Below are positions 46,240 to 56,908 of a stretch of 64,000 nt of DNA, one piece after another. Position 1 is the stretch's first letter, and each line of letters begins with the position of its first letter. Source of the stretch: a virus (Duplodnaviria > Caudoviricetes); IMG/VR virus record IMGVR_UViG_2816332336_000005, positions 32,001 to 96,000 of that record, one strand, 5' to 3'. The notes beneath the pieces were generated by a model, which did not search any database, was not told where the DNA came from, and was given only the letters and a program-made list of their open reading frames with translations. Position numbers and translations under genes: made by a program.

Positions 46240-46535
46240 CGACGTACCTCCTTAACAACGAATACCTTGCCCCGTTGCTCAACGATCTGGTATTTGTCGG
46301 TGTCAAATCGGGACATATCCGTTATAGTGACCTCATATCTTGGAGTTGCGTAATCTACCACTACGAAGCCAGTCCAATTGCTTAGGATTGCCGAGATTAG
46401 TAAAAACGTTATTCCCATAGATTCTCCGTTGATTAGACTGAAAAACGCCATTACTCCAAAGATCACAGCAAGCATCCCAAGGCATATCATGCCAACCAAC
46501 GCTCCGGTATTTGACACCGTACTTAGAATTTCCAT
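46236..46535 (-). CDS. Two-TM membrane protein
   Basis: Two hydrophobic helices followed by YEVTI...YQIVEQRGK. Confidence 0.7.
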   Translation of the reverse strand: MEILSTVSNTGALVGMICLGMLAVIFGVMAFFSLINGESMGITFLLISAILSNWTGFVVVDYATPRYEVTITDMSRFDTDKYQIVEQRGKVFVVKEVRR

Positions 46536-46549
46536 CCTGCCACCTCCGT

Positions 46550-48784
46550 TTATCTAATTGGGCACGCCCCACCCTCGCATGAATCCGCGCCCTCTAAATC
46601 GCTAGTTCCGTCCGTCTCGTACTTCGCTAGAATCGCCGGATCGAACGGCTTCATCTTGGCGCGTAGCTCCTCGTATTCCTCTTTCGTAATAGCCTCGTAT
46701 GGCGCGAGTTGATACGTGCCGCCATCGAGTGCCAAGAACGATACGCCTACGAAATCGTCCCATCCGTCCCACACCGTCTGCTCAACCGTTGCCCATTCGT
46801 CCGGCCTCACAGTAATCGTATTGGACGAATTGTGGTCGGTGTACGAACGTTGGAATCGGAAGTAAGTCTCGAATTGACGCGCTGCACTTACGTCATCTTT
46901 CGTTTCTAACGCGCCAGAAGCTACGGGAAAGTCGATGACCAGCGTTCGGGCGTTGGCGAGACGTTCTGCTTCGGTGTCGCCCGGCGTTCCGACCTCGGGA
47001 TTCACCGTCCAGCCGAGTTCCTGCGCCACCTTCACGAGTGGATCGGACGCGTTGATACGGATACGTCGAATGTAGTACGGGCTGTGCGACCAGTGTAGAC
47101 CGGACGATACGCCGCCAGCTAGTTGCGAGATGGTTCCCTCCGGCTTGACCGTTGTCACAAGTAAGGGCGCGTTCACCCGCAGTTCCTTCGCATAGGCCTC
47201 CGCCTCGTTATTTGCTACGGTGCCGAGAAGTTCGAGTAAATCACATTCCTGCCGTTCGCTATAGTTAACGGCCGCCATAGCGTCCTTCCAACCGGTTAGC
47301 GACGTACCGAGAAGCCTATCACGCTGTTGGATCGCGTCCCAATGTGGCAATTCGAGTGTTACGAGAGTCATTCGTAAGCCGGCACGGGCGGAGCGTCGTT
47401 GAGCTTGTAGGAGTGCGGGGATATCGAGTGTATTGCCGCGCACGAACTGCATAACGTTGACCGTCGTTAAGTTGCAGACTCCGTATGAATCGAGCAGTAT
47501 TTCCGCGCAGGGATTAAGGCCCTCAGCGTTCGGCCGTCTTCTTCGCGCCTCTTCCAGATTGATAAACCCGGGTTCGCCTTCCGATTGCATGATCGTAAAC
47601 ACTAGATTTAGAAACACGCGACTAGGTTTCGTTTCGAACGCGATAGAGTTATTCGATAGTCTCCGGTGATCAAGCCCGAACCGTCCGTCTCCTACCTTCA
47701 TGATAGAGTCGAACCACTCCGGCTTTTGTCCGATAGCCTCTAGCATTTCGCCTACCTTACGATGGTGCGCGAGTTGATCTTCCGTCCACACTCCGTTGAT
47801 GCCGTACTTTGCGAGCAAGCACTCGTAGTCGTCCGCGTCAAAGAGGAATATTTCAGCTGTTCTACGGACGCCCCCGACCACAACGTTTGCTCCGATAAGA
47901 TTGCCGATATCGAGAATGTGGATCGGGCGGACTTGGGCGTAATCGAACTGCCCATATGCGAGTGTCATCGGTTCCAGTGACGGATCAATCTCGTTCTTTA
48001 ACACGCGGTCAATCCCCGCAAACATCTCCGCAAGTGGCTCGTGACCCGATGCCGTCCCGCCGAATCGTTTCAGACGTTCACCTTTCGGACGAACCGAATT
48101 GTACGAAATTTTCACGGTGTGGACTGACTCGCATTGCGGCTCCGTTAAGATTTCGAAATAGGCTCGGAGGGCTTCGACCCATCCTTCTTTACTGTCGCCC
48201 ACGTAGATTTTCACGTAGCCGTTATCGAGTTCAGTCACTTTCGTTTGCTCTAATCGTCGGTCTACGGGAACAGGTTCGTAGGGCGCGTTGATTAACGTTG
48301 TGTTTGTGCGGATTGGCGCTAACCCTGCCGCGAACTCCTTCGTACACTTGAATCCGACGCCTGTACCGATCATCAACAAGTAGAACAGGTCGCCTAAATC
48401 CGACCACGATCGAATGTTAATGAAGGAGCAATTAAAATTCGCGAGTGGGTACTTATCCGCGATTCCGCTTTCGGCGCCCCCGACCCACAACGTCCGCCCA
48501 CTCAGGAATTGACGTAGATTGAACATTCCGTCGAAGAACGACTCAGCTTCGGCCTGTAAACTCGCGTAAGGCACCGTGTAGCCGATCTTTTCGTAATGCC
48601 TAACCGCGAGACCAAGGTTGTACTCCGTAGCCCTACGGCACGTTTCTTTCCACGTCTCACGGCGGCCGATTTCGGGCAGCCACCGTGAATATGTCCGGTA
48701 ATATACGAACTTGCCCAGCTCGTTCGTGTGTTCGGGAAAGTCCGGGTAATTCCCGATGAACTCATCCGTTAGCAATTGAGTCAA
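46550..48784 (-). CDS. nrdJ: Class II (B12-dependent) ribonucleotide reductase
   Basis: [24 protein letters not shown]-terminal CEGGACPIR; no beta-subunit gene. Confidence 0.92.
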   Translation of the reverse strand: MTQLLTDEFIGNYPDFPEHTNELGKFVYYRTYSRWLPEIGRRETWKETCRRATEYNLGLAVRHYEKIGYTVPYASLQAEAESFFDGMFNLRQFLSGRTLWVGGAESGIADKYPLANFNCSFINIRSWSDLGDLFYLLMIGTGVGFKCTKEFAAGLAPIRTNTTLINAPYEPVPVDRRLEQTKVTELDNGYVKIYVGDSKEGWVEALRAYFEILTEPQCESVHTVKISYNSVRPKGERLKRFGGTASGHEPLAEMFAGIDRVLKNEIDPSLEPMTLAYGQFDYAQVRPIHILDIGNLIGANVVVGGVRRTAEIFLFDADDYECLLAKYGINGVWTEDQLAHHRKVGEMLEAIGQKPEWFDSIMKVGDGRFGLDHRRLSNNSIAFETKPSRVFLNLVFTIMQSEGEPGFINLEEARRRRPNAEGLNPCAEILLDSYGVCNLTTVNVMQFVRGNTLDIPALLQAQRRSARAGLRMTLVTLELPHWDAIQQRDRLLGTSLTGWKDAMAAVNYSERQECDLLELLGTVANNEAEAYAKELRVNAPLLVTTVKPEGTISQLAGGVSSGLHWSHSPYYIRRIRINASDPLVKVAQELGWTVNPEVGTPGDTEAERLANARTLVIDFPVASGALETKDDVSAARQFETYFRFQRSYTDHNSSNTITVRPDEWATVEQTVWDGWDDFVGVSFLALDGGTYQLAPYEAITKEEYEELRAKMKPFDPAILAKYETDGTSDLEGADSCEGGACPIR

Positions 48785-48956
48785 TCCGCGTCATCTCCCT
48801 TTCAATATCGTTTATCGCGTTGATAACCGTTTGTCTTCGTAATCTTAGCGTTAGACATCTTCGTTCACTGACGATTAGGCTCTCGTTTACGTCCTCTAGC
48901 TCATCGCACAAGTAACGGAGTGATCGTTCGACTGGTTTCTCGTCGTACTTATTCAT
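48762..48956 (-). CDS. Coiled-coil hypothetical protein
   Basis: MNKYDEKP... coupled to its neighbours. Confidence 0.55.
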   Translation of the reverse strand: MNKYDEKPVERSLRYLCDELEDVNESLIVSERRCLTLRLRRQTVINAINDIEREMTRIDSIANG

Positions 48957-49129
48957 CCGGTCAATACTCGCATCAATCGGAGTAGTGCAAAAAGCAAGAC
49001 CGAGTGAACAAACGGGATGCCTACGCCTAGAAGAGCAAAAATGTAATACACGCCAGCGCCGCCTAGTAAATATACGCCTGCAACGATTACTGCCCAAAAT
49101 ATGAAGAACCCCAGCTTAGACCAACTCAT
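48953..49129 (-). CDS. Small membrane protein (58 aa, not in ORF track)
   Basis: MSWSKLGFFIFWAVIVAGVYLLGG...; SD AAAGGAG. Confidence 0.6.
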   Translation of the reverse strand: MSWSKLGFFIFWAVIVAGVYLLGGAGVYYIFALLGVGIPFVHSVLLFALLRLMRVLTG

Positions 49130-49141
49130 CTAATCTCTCCT

Positions 49142-49303
49142 TTACCATTGAAATAAGGTAATGCAGATATAAGCAGCTACGGGAATTGCAATGAGAAATG
49201 ATGCAAGTCGTCTCCCACCTGAAGCATAATTAGTGGCGATAATTCCTACGATAGCAATGATATACATAATAAGAGAGTACCAACCCAGAATCTGCGTTAA
49301 CAT
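49142..49303 (-). CDS. Small membrane protein (53 aa, not in ORF track)
   Basis: MLTQILGWYSLIMYIIAIVGII...; TGATG overlap with the RuvC-like gene. Confidence 0.6.
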   Translation of the reverse strand: MLTQILGWYSLIMYIIAIVGIIATNYASGGRRLASFLIAIPVAAYICITLFQW

Positions 49304-49827
49304 CAAACCGCCTCCTCAACGTCTATCAATTTATTCGCGATAAGATACGCCAGCACCACCGCACACGCATCGCTGTCATCGTAGCCAACCGCAAACTCAT
49401 AGTCTTCTGGCAATCCGAGCATCTTACGTACACTTACCGCGACCTCAACCTTCTCCGCCTTGCCATTGCCGGTGACCAACCGTTTTACAGCCGTCGGACT
49501 AATTTCGTCTGTCACCGTGTAGCCATACCGAGCCAGCCCTTGGTCAACGGCCGCCCACGCACCGAACACGCCTTGTCTCGCCCTTTTCGACCGGCCATCC
49601 GTAAAGTCCTCACGTATAATTGCCGTAAGTGGTCCCGCATCGTGAGCGACCGCAACCGTCTTGGCCTCGATGTATGCGAACCGTTGGCCGTCCGTATGAG
49701 CTGTAGATGTAACGAGCGATGACGCGTATATTAGCGTAGGCACCCGGTTCACTACGTCTATCACCGCGAATCCGGGGTTCATCGAAATGTCCAAACCGAG
49801 ATATCGTTCCTTTTTACGAGTTGCCAT
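49303..49827 (-). CDS. RuvC-like Holliday junction resolvase
   Basis: YLGLDIS, ISPTAVKRLVTGNGKAEK, DDSDA. Confidence 0.88.
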   Translation of the reverse strand: MATRKKERYLGLDISMNPGFAVIDVVNRVPTLIYASSLVTSTAHTDGQRFAYIEAKTVAVAHDAGPLTAIIREDFTDGRSKRARQGVFGAWAAVDQGLARYGYTVTDEISPTAVKRLVTGNGKAEKVEVAVSVRKMLGLPEDYEFAVGYDDSDACAVVLAYLIANKLIDVEEAV

Positions 49828-49830
49828 CGG

Positions 49831-50034
49831 TCACCTCCGTAAGCCCGCCGCGGTCTCTAAATGACGCGCATAGTCGAGCAGATTGTCGTACACCACATCG
49901 CTGTCCTCCGTATGGAGCTCGGAGGCTAAACGGCGGAGGTCGCCGGACACGACCGCCATCACCGTTTTAAGTGAGTCTACTTCGCGTTCCAATTCGTCAT
50001 AATTTTCGATCATGTCGTGAGAGACTACCGGCAT
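49831..50034 (-). CDS. Phage hypothetical protein
   Basis: MPVVSHD... with SD GGAGGT. Confidence 0.6.
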   Translation of the reverse strand: MPVVSHDMIENYDELEREVDSLKTVMAVVSGDLRRLASELHTEDSDVVYDNLLDYARHLETAAGLRR

Positions 50035-50231
50035 TCGGTAGACACCTCCACGACTTCTATCGTGCATACTTTGTGCGTATCTACAACGCAGTTACCAACT
50101 TCTGTTTTGTCGCTAAACATAAAGTGTCTTGCGGCATAGAAGTTTCGAACAAACTCCACGAAGGATTTACCCGAGCAGTCAGTAAGTAGTCGCACATCCC
50201 CATTATCGAGTATCATTTTCATTTTCAACAC
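50025..50231 (-). CDS. Phage hypothetical protein
   Basis: 68 aa within the operon. Confidence 0.55.
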   Translation of the reverse strand: MLKMKMILDNGDVRLLTDCSGKSFVEFVRNFYAARHFMFSDKTEVGNCVVDTHKVCTIEVVEVSTECR

Positions 50232-50822
50232 TTACGCCACCTCCACGATTTTCGCCCCGTAAGGTACGTATTTCAACGGCCGATCCGGTGCATTTACGAC
50301 TACATTCCGATAATCAATTCCACGGTAATCTGCAATCGGTTTTAGTTTACGGAAGATCTCGATTGTGGCGAGTACATCGTTCATCGCACGATGGTGTCCG
50401 TTTAACTCGATGCCATATCGGGCACATACGTCTTTTAATGAAGCTGATTCCGTGGGCGCTACGAGCTTGGCGAGCGATCGAGTGCAGACGAACTTTTCAA
50501 GGAACATAACGCGTCCAGTAACAAACGATAGGTCGAATGGGGCATTGTGAGCAACGACCGTAGTATCAGCGAAAAATTTACCTAACGCACTGGTAGCGAA
50601 GAAACTGTGAGTGCCACCGTGCAAATCTCTCTCTGTGATACCCGTCAGTTCCACGATAAAGTTTGGTAATTCGCGTCCCTCATCGAGCTGCACAAACGTC
50701 TGGAACCGTCCGTACTCCCGTTCTAAATCCGTTCTGATCGCGGCAACTTCGATAATTTGATCGTTCTCGTGGTCGAGTCCCGTCGTTTCCAGGTCAATGA
50801 ACGTGTAGATTTCGCCCATCAA
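50232..50822 (-). CDS. DEDDh 3'-5' exonuclease (DnaQ-like)
   Basis: IDLETTGL, VAHNAPFD, HHRAMND. Confidence 0.92.
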   Translation of the reverse strand: MMGEIYTFIDLETTGLDHENDQIIEVAAIRTDLEREYGRFQTFVQLDEGRELPNFIVELTGITERDLHGGTHSFFATSALGKFFADTTVVAHNAPFDLSFVTGRVMFLEKFVCTRSLAKLVAPTESASLKDVCARYGIELNGHHRAMNDVLATIEIFRKLKPIADYRGIDYRNVVVNAPDRPLKYVPYGAKIVEVA

Positions 50823-51817
50823 GCCGCCTCCTTATCGAGTATCGAGGTGATTTGTTCGAACGCGACGATATACGATCGTTTCTTCCACTCAGGCATTCGC
50901 GACCTACGTACCATCGCCACTTGTCGTTCCAATTCATCGTATTCTTCGGCACTCAACGAAAGGGCGCACGCTGTCTTGAAGTTGTTAAACGTCCACTTTT
51001 CGAGGTCAAGCTTCGGTGGCCGACCCTCTTTCGATCGGACAACTATGTCCAGCAATTCGTCTCGAAGTCCGATCCGATCTTGATCCATAATAGTCACGTG
51101 GAACACTCGTAAATCAGGCTTGGCCGCGTATTCCTCATCCGTCAGTACCCAGTTAGCTTTAGACGCGTTCACATACACGATAAGATAGTCGTCTAACGGC
51201 ATTTCGGCTGTCCCGTACATTTCCGTATAGCCGACGCATTGAGCAACGTGCTTAGCTTCCGGCTCGGTCATCGAGTGCGGACTCGTCTTGGCTGCGGTTG
51301 ATTGTTTCGACTTGATTTCGAGTCCCACGCGACGTCCGTCTTTGTATCGGAGGATTCCGTCAGGCTTTCCGTAGAGGGCGAAGCGTTGGCCGCCGTGATC
51401 CATTACGTGTAATTTCTGCGCGAAATCCTCCCACATTGGCAAGCCGTCCGGTGTACGTTCAACTGTGAACGGCGGCGCCTCCCCGAGAGTACGCTCGTAA
51501 TGCTTCTCGATGAATAGTAGATCGCGTTGTATTACGTCACCGATTGCGGTACCGAGTCGTGTCCAGCGTCCTTGGTGCGGAGGTCGCGGTTGGATATCCT
51601 TCTTGGCTCCGCGTAGCTTCTCGTATAGCTCGCGTTTGTCAGCGTTAGCGCTAGACGGCGAAAAATACGGCTGGGCTCGAAAGTTGAAAAACGGACGGGT
51701 ACGGAGGGCTTTCGCTTTCTGTTCGGAGATTAACGCGTCAAGTTCGTTGTCCCAAACCTCAGGCGCAGAGTGCCATCGGTCAAGCATCGTTTTGAAATCA
51801 TCGGCTAGTTGTGAGAT
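50819..51817 (-). CDS. PD-(D/E)XK exonuclease (Cas4/YqaJ-like)
   Basis: GKPDG...LEIKS...QCVGY; the frame extends to ATC at 51817 behind an SD. Confidence 0.8.
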   Translation of the reverse strand: MSQLADDFKTMLDRWHSAPEVWDNELDALISEQKAKALRTRPFFNFRAQPYFSPSSANADKRELYEKLRGAKKDIQPRPPHQGRWTRLGTAIGDVIQRDLLFIEKHYERTLGEAPPFTVERTPDGLPMWEDFAQKLHVMDHGGQRFALYGKPDGILRYKDGRRVGLEIKSKQSTAAKTSPHSMTEPEAKHVAQCVGYTEMYGTAEMPLDDYLIVYVNASKANWVLTDEEYAAKPDLRVFHVTIMDQDRIGLRDELLDIVVRSKEGRPPKLDLEKWTFNNFKTACALSLSAEEYDELERQVAMVRRSRMPEWKKRSYIVAFEQITSILDKEAA

Positions 51818-52314
51818 AGAGCATCGTCCTCCTTAGGAATATTATTTAGTTGTGCACAATCTCCAAATAATTCTGATGCTTTTGTGTTATAAGCAATCGC
51901 TGCATCGACTGGAGACTCGTAGATACCTAGATATATCTTCTTTCCTAAATACATCACGCAGCTCTCCCACTTTTCAGCAGCTTTCGACCAAGAAACACCC
52001 CTAAATCCCGATTTGTTATTTCTGTTAAGATGCTGTCGGTTGGCCTGATTCTTAGTTTGGTCTACGATCCTTAAATTTGACCTTCTATTATCTAACTTGT
52101 TGCCATTTATGTGATCAACAACTTTCCCTACTGGGGCCTTCACTATCTTACGATGCATTAATATAAAAGATTTGGCTCCCGTACCTTTGTGATGAATTGA
52201 CCTTCCTGCATATCCGCTACTTACATAGTGCCACTTGTACCTGGATAGCGACTTGTAATCTAGGTCATCAACAATCGCGACTTTTCCTTTCGTCAAAGTA
52301 ATCTCTCGCGCCAA
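51805..52314 (-). CDS. HNH-AP2 homing endonuclease
   Basis: MHR...VDHINGNKLDNRRSNLR, SGFRGV...W...YLG...AAIAYN. Confidence 0.92.
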   Translation of the reverse strand: MAREITLTKGKVAIVDDLDYKSLSRYKWHYVSSGYAGRSIHHKGTGAKSFILMHRKIVKAPVGKVVDHINGNKLDNRRSNLRIVDQTKNQANRQHLNRNNKSGFRGVSWSKAAEKWESCVMYLGKKIYLGIYESPVDAAIAYNTKASELFGDCAQLNNIPKEDDALSHN

Positions 52315-52318
52315 ATAA

Positions 52319-54496
52319 TCACTCCCCTCCTTCACACTCTTCGAACCACTTGTGTTCACTCACTTTTTTCATCCAACGTTCCGGATTAATTTCCACGTCA
52401 CAACGAACTGGACATCGTAGTTTTACAGCGTTCTCCATTGTTGCTCTGATATGACCTAACGCATCTTGTGTTATGTCTCTAGGGCAATCGAAGAGGAGCT
52501 CATCATGTACTTGCAGTAGGGTAAAGGTGTCATAATGTTTGAGAACTGGTATAAGGTCTACAATCGCCTTTTTGAGAATAGAACCCGCGCTCTCTTGGAT
52601 CGGGAAGTTACCCGCCTGACGTTGTGCGCCAAATACTCGAAAACGCTCTTTCGATTTAATGTCCTCATGAAGTCGGCGTTTCCTTCCGAAAATCCCCGAT
52701 ACAAATCCGTCCTTCATAACCTTCCGATGCTGTTCGTCCATATATCGTTTAATGCCGGGATATCCACGAAAGTAATCGTCAATGATCGTCTGTGCGTCAG
52801 CTTTTGTTACTTCAAGCGTATCTGCAAGCTTACCGGCGCCCATTCCGTAAACGATTCCGAAGTTAACAATTTTCGCTTGTTTCCTAAGTTTCTGGCACTC
52901 GTGACCCTCCGTATCTTTGTGTTGCTCTATATCGTCATAAGTGTATCGTCCTTTACTGATAAGTGCCGCCGTGGTCGAGTGTATATCTCGCCCTGTCTCG
53001 AATGCCTCGATAAGCACCGATTCATTTGCCATATGTGCTAACACGCGCAATTCGATCTGTGAATAATCGACTGAAACAAGAATCCGGTCACTGTTCGTCG
53101 CGAGAAAAAGATGTCGTATTTCTGGCCGCTTAGCCGGGATTTGTTGCGTATTTGGATTGGCGCATGTGAATCGTCCAGTTGCGGCGCCCCAAGTATTGTG
53201 CCATGGGTGTATTTTCCCATCGGCTTTTACAGTATGAGGCAGTTTAGACGTGAACGCTTGTCTTAATTTCCCTACCGCACGGTAATCGAGAATTAACGGA
53301 ATGACCGGGTGGTTCTTTTTAATACGTTTTAAGGTACGAACTCCTGTAGACCCTTTATCGTTATCAGGCAACCGTAAATCCCCGTATAGTTTTTTTGATA
53401 GCTGTATTGGTGAGTTTAGATTGATTTTTTCACCTAGATATTCATGTATCTCCGCCTCTAACTGCAACTCCTCTTGCCCAAACTTCTCGTCCAGTTCCTT
53501 CGCCATATCTACATCAAACCGGATTCCACGTAAGTCAGACCTGATGAATTGTCGACACACAGGCATTTCGATGTCGAATACCAATCGCTCGATACGTTTG
53601 AGATCGTCGCGCTTCGAATACCAAGCACGAATCCACTCGTAAAGTTTTAGCGTCTTCTCCGTATCGCCTGCCGCGTATACCAAAGCGACATCTAACGGAA
53701 TTTGATTGAACGGAGTTTTACCGAAAAGCTGATCGAAATTGTCTCCAGGCAGTTTTAACCAATCTGTACACAAGTCCTTTAAACGGTGGTTACGGTTTTC
53801 ATCGAGTGCCATTGCCATTATCCTTGTGTCAGCATAGAGCGCGTCTACCAGGTCAAGCCCGTATTTCACATAGAACCATTTGCAATCAAAGGGCGCGTTG
53901 TGCATGACAATCTTGGACTTCGGAAGTACCTCGATCATTCTATCGATTACGCATTCTTCAGGCAGTGCCTTCTCAACGTGATTTAACGGAATATAGAAGC
54001 TTTCAGAGTGAGTTGAAACGCTGAATCCCGCCATATCACCGCGCCAAGGATCGAGAGCTGCACCATCTTCCCCGAACGTTTCACAGTCAACAGCTATAAT
54101 ATCCGCAGATTCAATCGCCCGAATCATGTATTCTAACGAAGAAACGTTGTTTACTAGGTGGTAATTAGGCGGAGTATTCCGTACCATCTCCGCCAATTTT
54201 TCACCGCGTTGTCGCTCGTTTAAATCTGCCCATATCCGGAGAGCTTCCGCCTTACTGAACCGTTTGGCAACGTCAGTCGGACGTCTGCCTATTACGCCCG
54301 ACTCCATCGCTCGTTTAACTTCTAGTAAACGCCCTTGATCCGATGCACTATTACTCATTGCAAGTATACGCACCCACGCCTGCTCAATCGTTTCTGTTGC
54401 GGCAGACTTACGTTTAGTCGCGTCTGCCACTCGTTGCTTAACCTCGGCGTCGGTTACGGTCGGTGAACGGAGTTTTAACGATAACTTTACGGTCAG
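52319..54496 (-). CDS. polA: DNA polymerase family A with 3'-5' exonuclease
   Basis: DCET, HNAPFD, DYSQIELR, KIVNFGIVYG, QVHDE; SD supports a CTG start at 54496. Confidence 0.93.
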   Translation of the reverse strand: MTVKLSLKLRSPTVTDAEVKQRVADATKRKSAATETIEQAWVRILAMSNSASDQGRLLEVKRAMESGVIGRRPTDVAKRFSKAEALRIWADLNERQRGEKLAEMVRNTPPNYHLVNNVSSLEYMIRAIESADIIAVDCETFGEDGAALDPWRGDMAGFSVSTHSESFYIPLNHVEKALPEECVIDRMIEVLPKSKIVMHNAPFDCKWFYVKYGLDLVDALYADTRIMAMALDENRNHRLKDLCTDWLKLPGDNFDQLFGKTPFNQIPLDVALVYAAGDTEKTLKLYEWIRAWYSKRDDLKRIERLVFDIEMPVCRQFIRSDLRGIRFDVDMAKELDEKFGQEELQLEAEIHEYLGEKINLNSPIQLSKKLYGDLRLPDNDKGSTGVRTLKRIKKNHPVIPLILDYRAVGKLRQAFTSKLPHTVKADGKIHPWHNTWGAATGRFTCANPNTQQIPAKRPEIRHLFLATNSDRILVSVDYSQIELRVLAHMANESVLIEAFETGRDIHSTTAALISKGRYTYDDIEQHKDTEGHECQKLRKQAKIVNFGIVYGMGAGKLADTLEVTKADAQTIIDDYFRGYPGIKRYMDEQHRKVMKDGFVSGIFGRKRRLHEDIKSKERFRVFGAQRQAGNFPIQESAGSILKKAIVDLIPVLKHYDTFTLLQVHDELLFDCPRDITQDALGHIRATMENAVKLRCPVRCDVEINPERWMKKVSEHKWFEECEGGE

Positions 54497-54514
54497 AGCG
54501 ACCGCCTCCTTTCG

Positions 54515-55717
54515 TTACGCTACTCGTAAGTTTACAACGGATTCTACTGGTGCGATGAGCTCTAGCTGATCCGCCTTAGTCCATGTTCCGTCGGTACTCT
54601 CCACAAACGCGGGCTTACTTAGCCGGTAAGGCATAGAAGTTCCATCATCATCTACGACAGTGGTGATAATTCCTACATGCTCATTTAGACCGTGACAACT
54701 CGATGCTCCAAGGAATCTTACCGTGTCGCCTACCTTAAACTTGCCAACCTTACGTCCGATTTCGGCCCATTTCGCCTCTTTGTCGGTTACCTTCTCTAGT
54801 TGATCAGGCTTCGCGTAGCCCTTCTTTCCATCTTGTCTTTTAATAGTCACTCTATCATCGTCCTCGCGTAAGCCGACAGTATAGATACCGCCATCATCAA
54901 ATCCGAACAGTGGCAACTCTCTTCCGCCGCTAATCAAACGTACCTTATCGCCCGGTTCAAACTGATCAAGTGCTTGTTTACGCAATGCTTCCGCAACTTC
55001 TTCGTCAGTGGCGCGGACTAACCCATCCTCTCGGAACCAGCCTGTGATTCTCTCGTCTAAGTCCTCGGCACGGTATGGCGTACGGGATTCATCATCGCAG
55101 ACAACCTTCACGATTTGCCCAACTGAGGCGTATGCCATATCGGCCTTTACCACTTTCGCATACTCCCCGACTTTCAAACGGTTAGCTTTCTTCTTCTTCA
55201 TCGCTTCAAGTTCGGCAACTCTCGCTTGTGCTGCGGCTAGTTCCTCGTCGATGGAGGCCGGCTCTAGTACGGCGTAATCTCCCGATTGCAAGAACCATTT
55301 TTCATTTACATCATCAATAAAATGAGGATCACCCGCTTTGTCTAATTCAGTAATCTCGTAAACTTTACCCGCGGTGCAATCCATCCGCGACACACTAGAG
55401 ATTATGAATCTATCGCCCACTCTCGCATCTCGCGCAACCTTTCGATAAGTTACGCCATCATGCGTTACTAGTTCGTTCGGAACAGTGCCGATTTTTTCGA
55501 GTAACTCGTAACGATCGAGCCAAGTATCACATTCGTCGCCTTCCTCATCAATAAAATAAGGATCACCGAAGGAGTCAACTTCCATTACCTCATATGGCTT
55601 GCCTTCTTCAATATAAGACCTTGGCGATTCATCGTAGAACACATAATCACCCACCTGCGCATCACGATCCGTTACCACGCGATATTGAACGCCATTTACC
55701 GTTTTGAAGTTTGCCAT
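54515..55717 (-). CDS. Multi-repeat phage protein (SH3/KOW-like modules)
   Basis: About five modules starting xxVGD/VGE/PGD. Confidence 0.75.
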   Translation of the reverse strand: MANFKTVNGVQYRVVTDRDAQVGDYVFYDESPRSYIEEGKPYEVMEVDSFGDPYFIDEEGDECDTWLDRYELLEKIGTVPNELVTHDGVTYRKVARDARVGDRFIISSVSRMDCTAGKVYEITELDKAGDPHFIDDVNEKWFLQSGDYAVLEPASIDEELAAAQARVAELEAMKKKKANRLKVGEYAKVVKADMAYASVGQIVKVVCDDESRTPYRAEDLDERITGWFREDGLVRATDEEVAEALRKQALDQFEPGDKVRLISGGRELPLFGFDDGGIYTVGLREDDDRVTIKRQDGKKGYAKPDQLEKVTDKEAKWAEIGRKVGKFKVGDTVRFLGASSCHGLNEHVGIITTVVDDDGTSMPYRLSKPAFVESTDGTWTKADQLELIAPVESVVNLRVA

Positions 55718-55719
55718 TA

Positions 55720-56115
55720 TTAAACCGCCTCCGATAATTGTTTTTTAATAACAGTCGATAACTTGCGCCATTTCTCGTTGATATTGTCCGGCGTCGCCCA
55801 GTATTCGGACAGTTCCCGATTTTCAATCAAGTACACTTCGCCGTCGAGCACCCCGATGAGATAATCCGCGTCGTCCCGCGTGTAAACTTCGCCACTATTA
55901 CGCGAGCCACATACAACGAGCGCGCCGCCTCGATCATCCCTCCTACGTACGGTCTTTACTTGAAACGTCTGCCAGTCGCGTGACAACGGGTGCCGCGCTA
56001 CAATGTCGTACACTTCGGGGGCTTCGGGATTGGCGATCTCATAACCGTTAGCAAGGAGCGCTGTTTTCGCCACTAACTGCGAATGGGCTCCGATATTATT
56101 CGAGTAGTTCGCCAT
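55720..56115 (-). CDS. PD-(D/E)XK-type endonuclease-like protein
   Basis: GAHSQ...YDIV...FQVKT...YTRDDADY. Confidence 0.65.
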   Translation of the reverse strand: MANYSNNIGAHSQLVAKTALLANGYEIANPEAPEVYDIVARHPLSRDWQTFQVKTVRRRDDRGGALVVCGSRNSGEVYTRDDADYLIGVLDGEVYLIENRELSEYWATPDNINEKWRKLSTVIKKQLSEAV

Positions 56116-56133
56116 CTGGTCGCCTCCTCTCGG

Positions 56134-56889
56134 TTAAAATGGCAAGTCCTCGTCGGAAACGGTAATCGGCACGTCATCTAGCACTGATTGATCCACGTTC
56201 TTTGTCGCGTTTTTGAGAATTTCGCGGATGTCGTCCTCAGTGCGGAAGTTCGCGAGTTCTTCGTACTTGATTTCGGTCGATCCGATAAAGGCACGGGCGG
56301 CATCGAGTACCCCTTCGTCAAGGTCAGCCGATTCCAGCGAGTACGATTTATCCGCCTTGCTGATCGTGACCGCATCGCCAGTTAACGTGTAGTCCGGCTT
56401 AAACTTTTTCGCGGCCTTTTCTAGCTTGTCAAAATCGATCATGAGATTGTTCGCGTGGAACTCTTTAAGATCGAGAACGCGCCACGTCTTGTATTCGGGG
56501 TCGTACACCGGCACCATGAAGTATAGTTTACGTTTGGCTTTCGCCTTGCACGATAAGCAGTTGCCTCCGTTCGGCTTCGCGTACTGATCGAATAGTGTAA
56601 CGCCTTCGTCTTCGTTAGTAGGCGCCTTTTTCGGACTGTGCGAGCACGTATGCTTACGGTAGTAAGTTTCGCGTGACGGGTACTTCTCGCCATCCTCGTG
56701 CGTGTAGTAGAAGTACCATTCGGTATACGGTGCGAGGAGGACAAACGTCTTGCCGCCGGTCAGTTCTTGACTGAGCTTGACGTAGCGTGTGACACCTTCC
56801 GGCAAGCCTGCGTTAATGCCTCCGCCGGCTCCTTGTGCCGCCTTGTCGCGCGCCTCTTCACGTTCTTTTAGCTTTTCGCGGATTCCCAT
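56134..56889 (-). CDS. Putative ssDNA-binding protein (gp32-like)
   Basis: HTC...CLSC Zn motif, acidic tail SDEDLPF; in the replication module. Confidence 0.7.
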   Translation of the reverse strand: MGIREKLKEREEARDKAAQGAGGGINAGLPEGVTRYVKLSQELTGGKTFVLLAPYTEWYFYYTHEDGEKYPSRETYYRKHTCSHSPKKAPTNEDEGVTLFDQYAKPNGGNCLSCKAKAKRKLYFMVPVYDPEYKTWRVLDLKEFHANNLMIDFDKLEKAAKKFKPDYTLTGDAVTISKADKSYSLESADLDEGVLDAARAFIGSTEIKYEELANFRTEDDIREILKNATKNVDQSVLDDVPITVSDEDLPF

Positions 56890-56908
56890 GCACATCGCTC
56901 CTTTTACG

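Noticed and set aside
50819-51817. Cas4 of a CRISPR system
   Set aside because: Stand-alone PD-(D/E)XK nuclease within a phage replication operon
46550-54496. Introns or inteins in nrdJ or polA
   Set aside because: Both ORFs are continuous and of normal size with no intein motifs; the HNH gene lies outside polA
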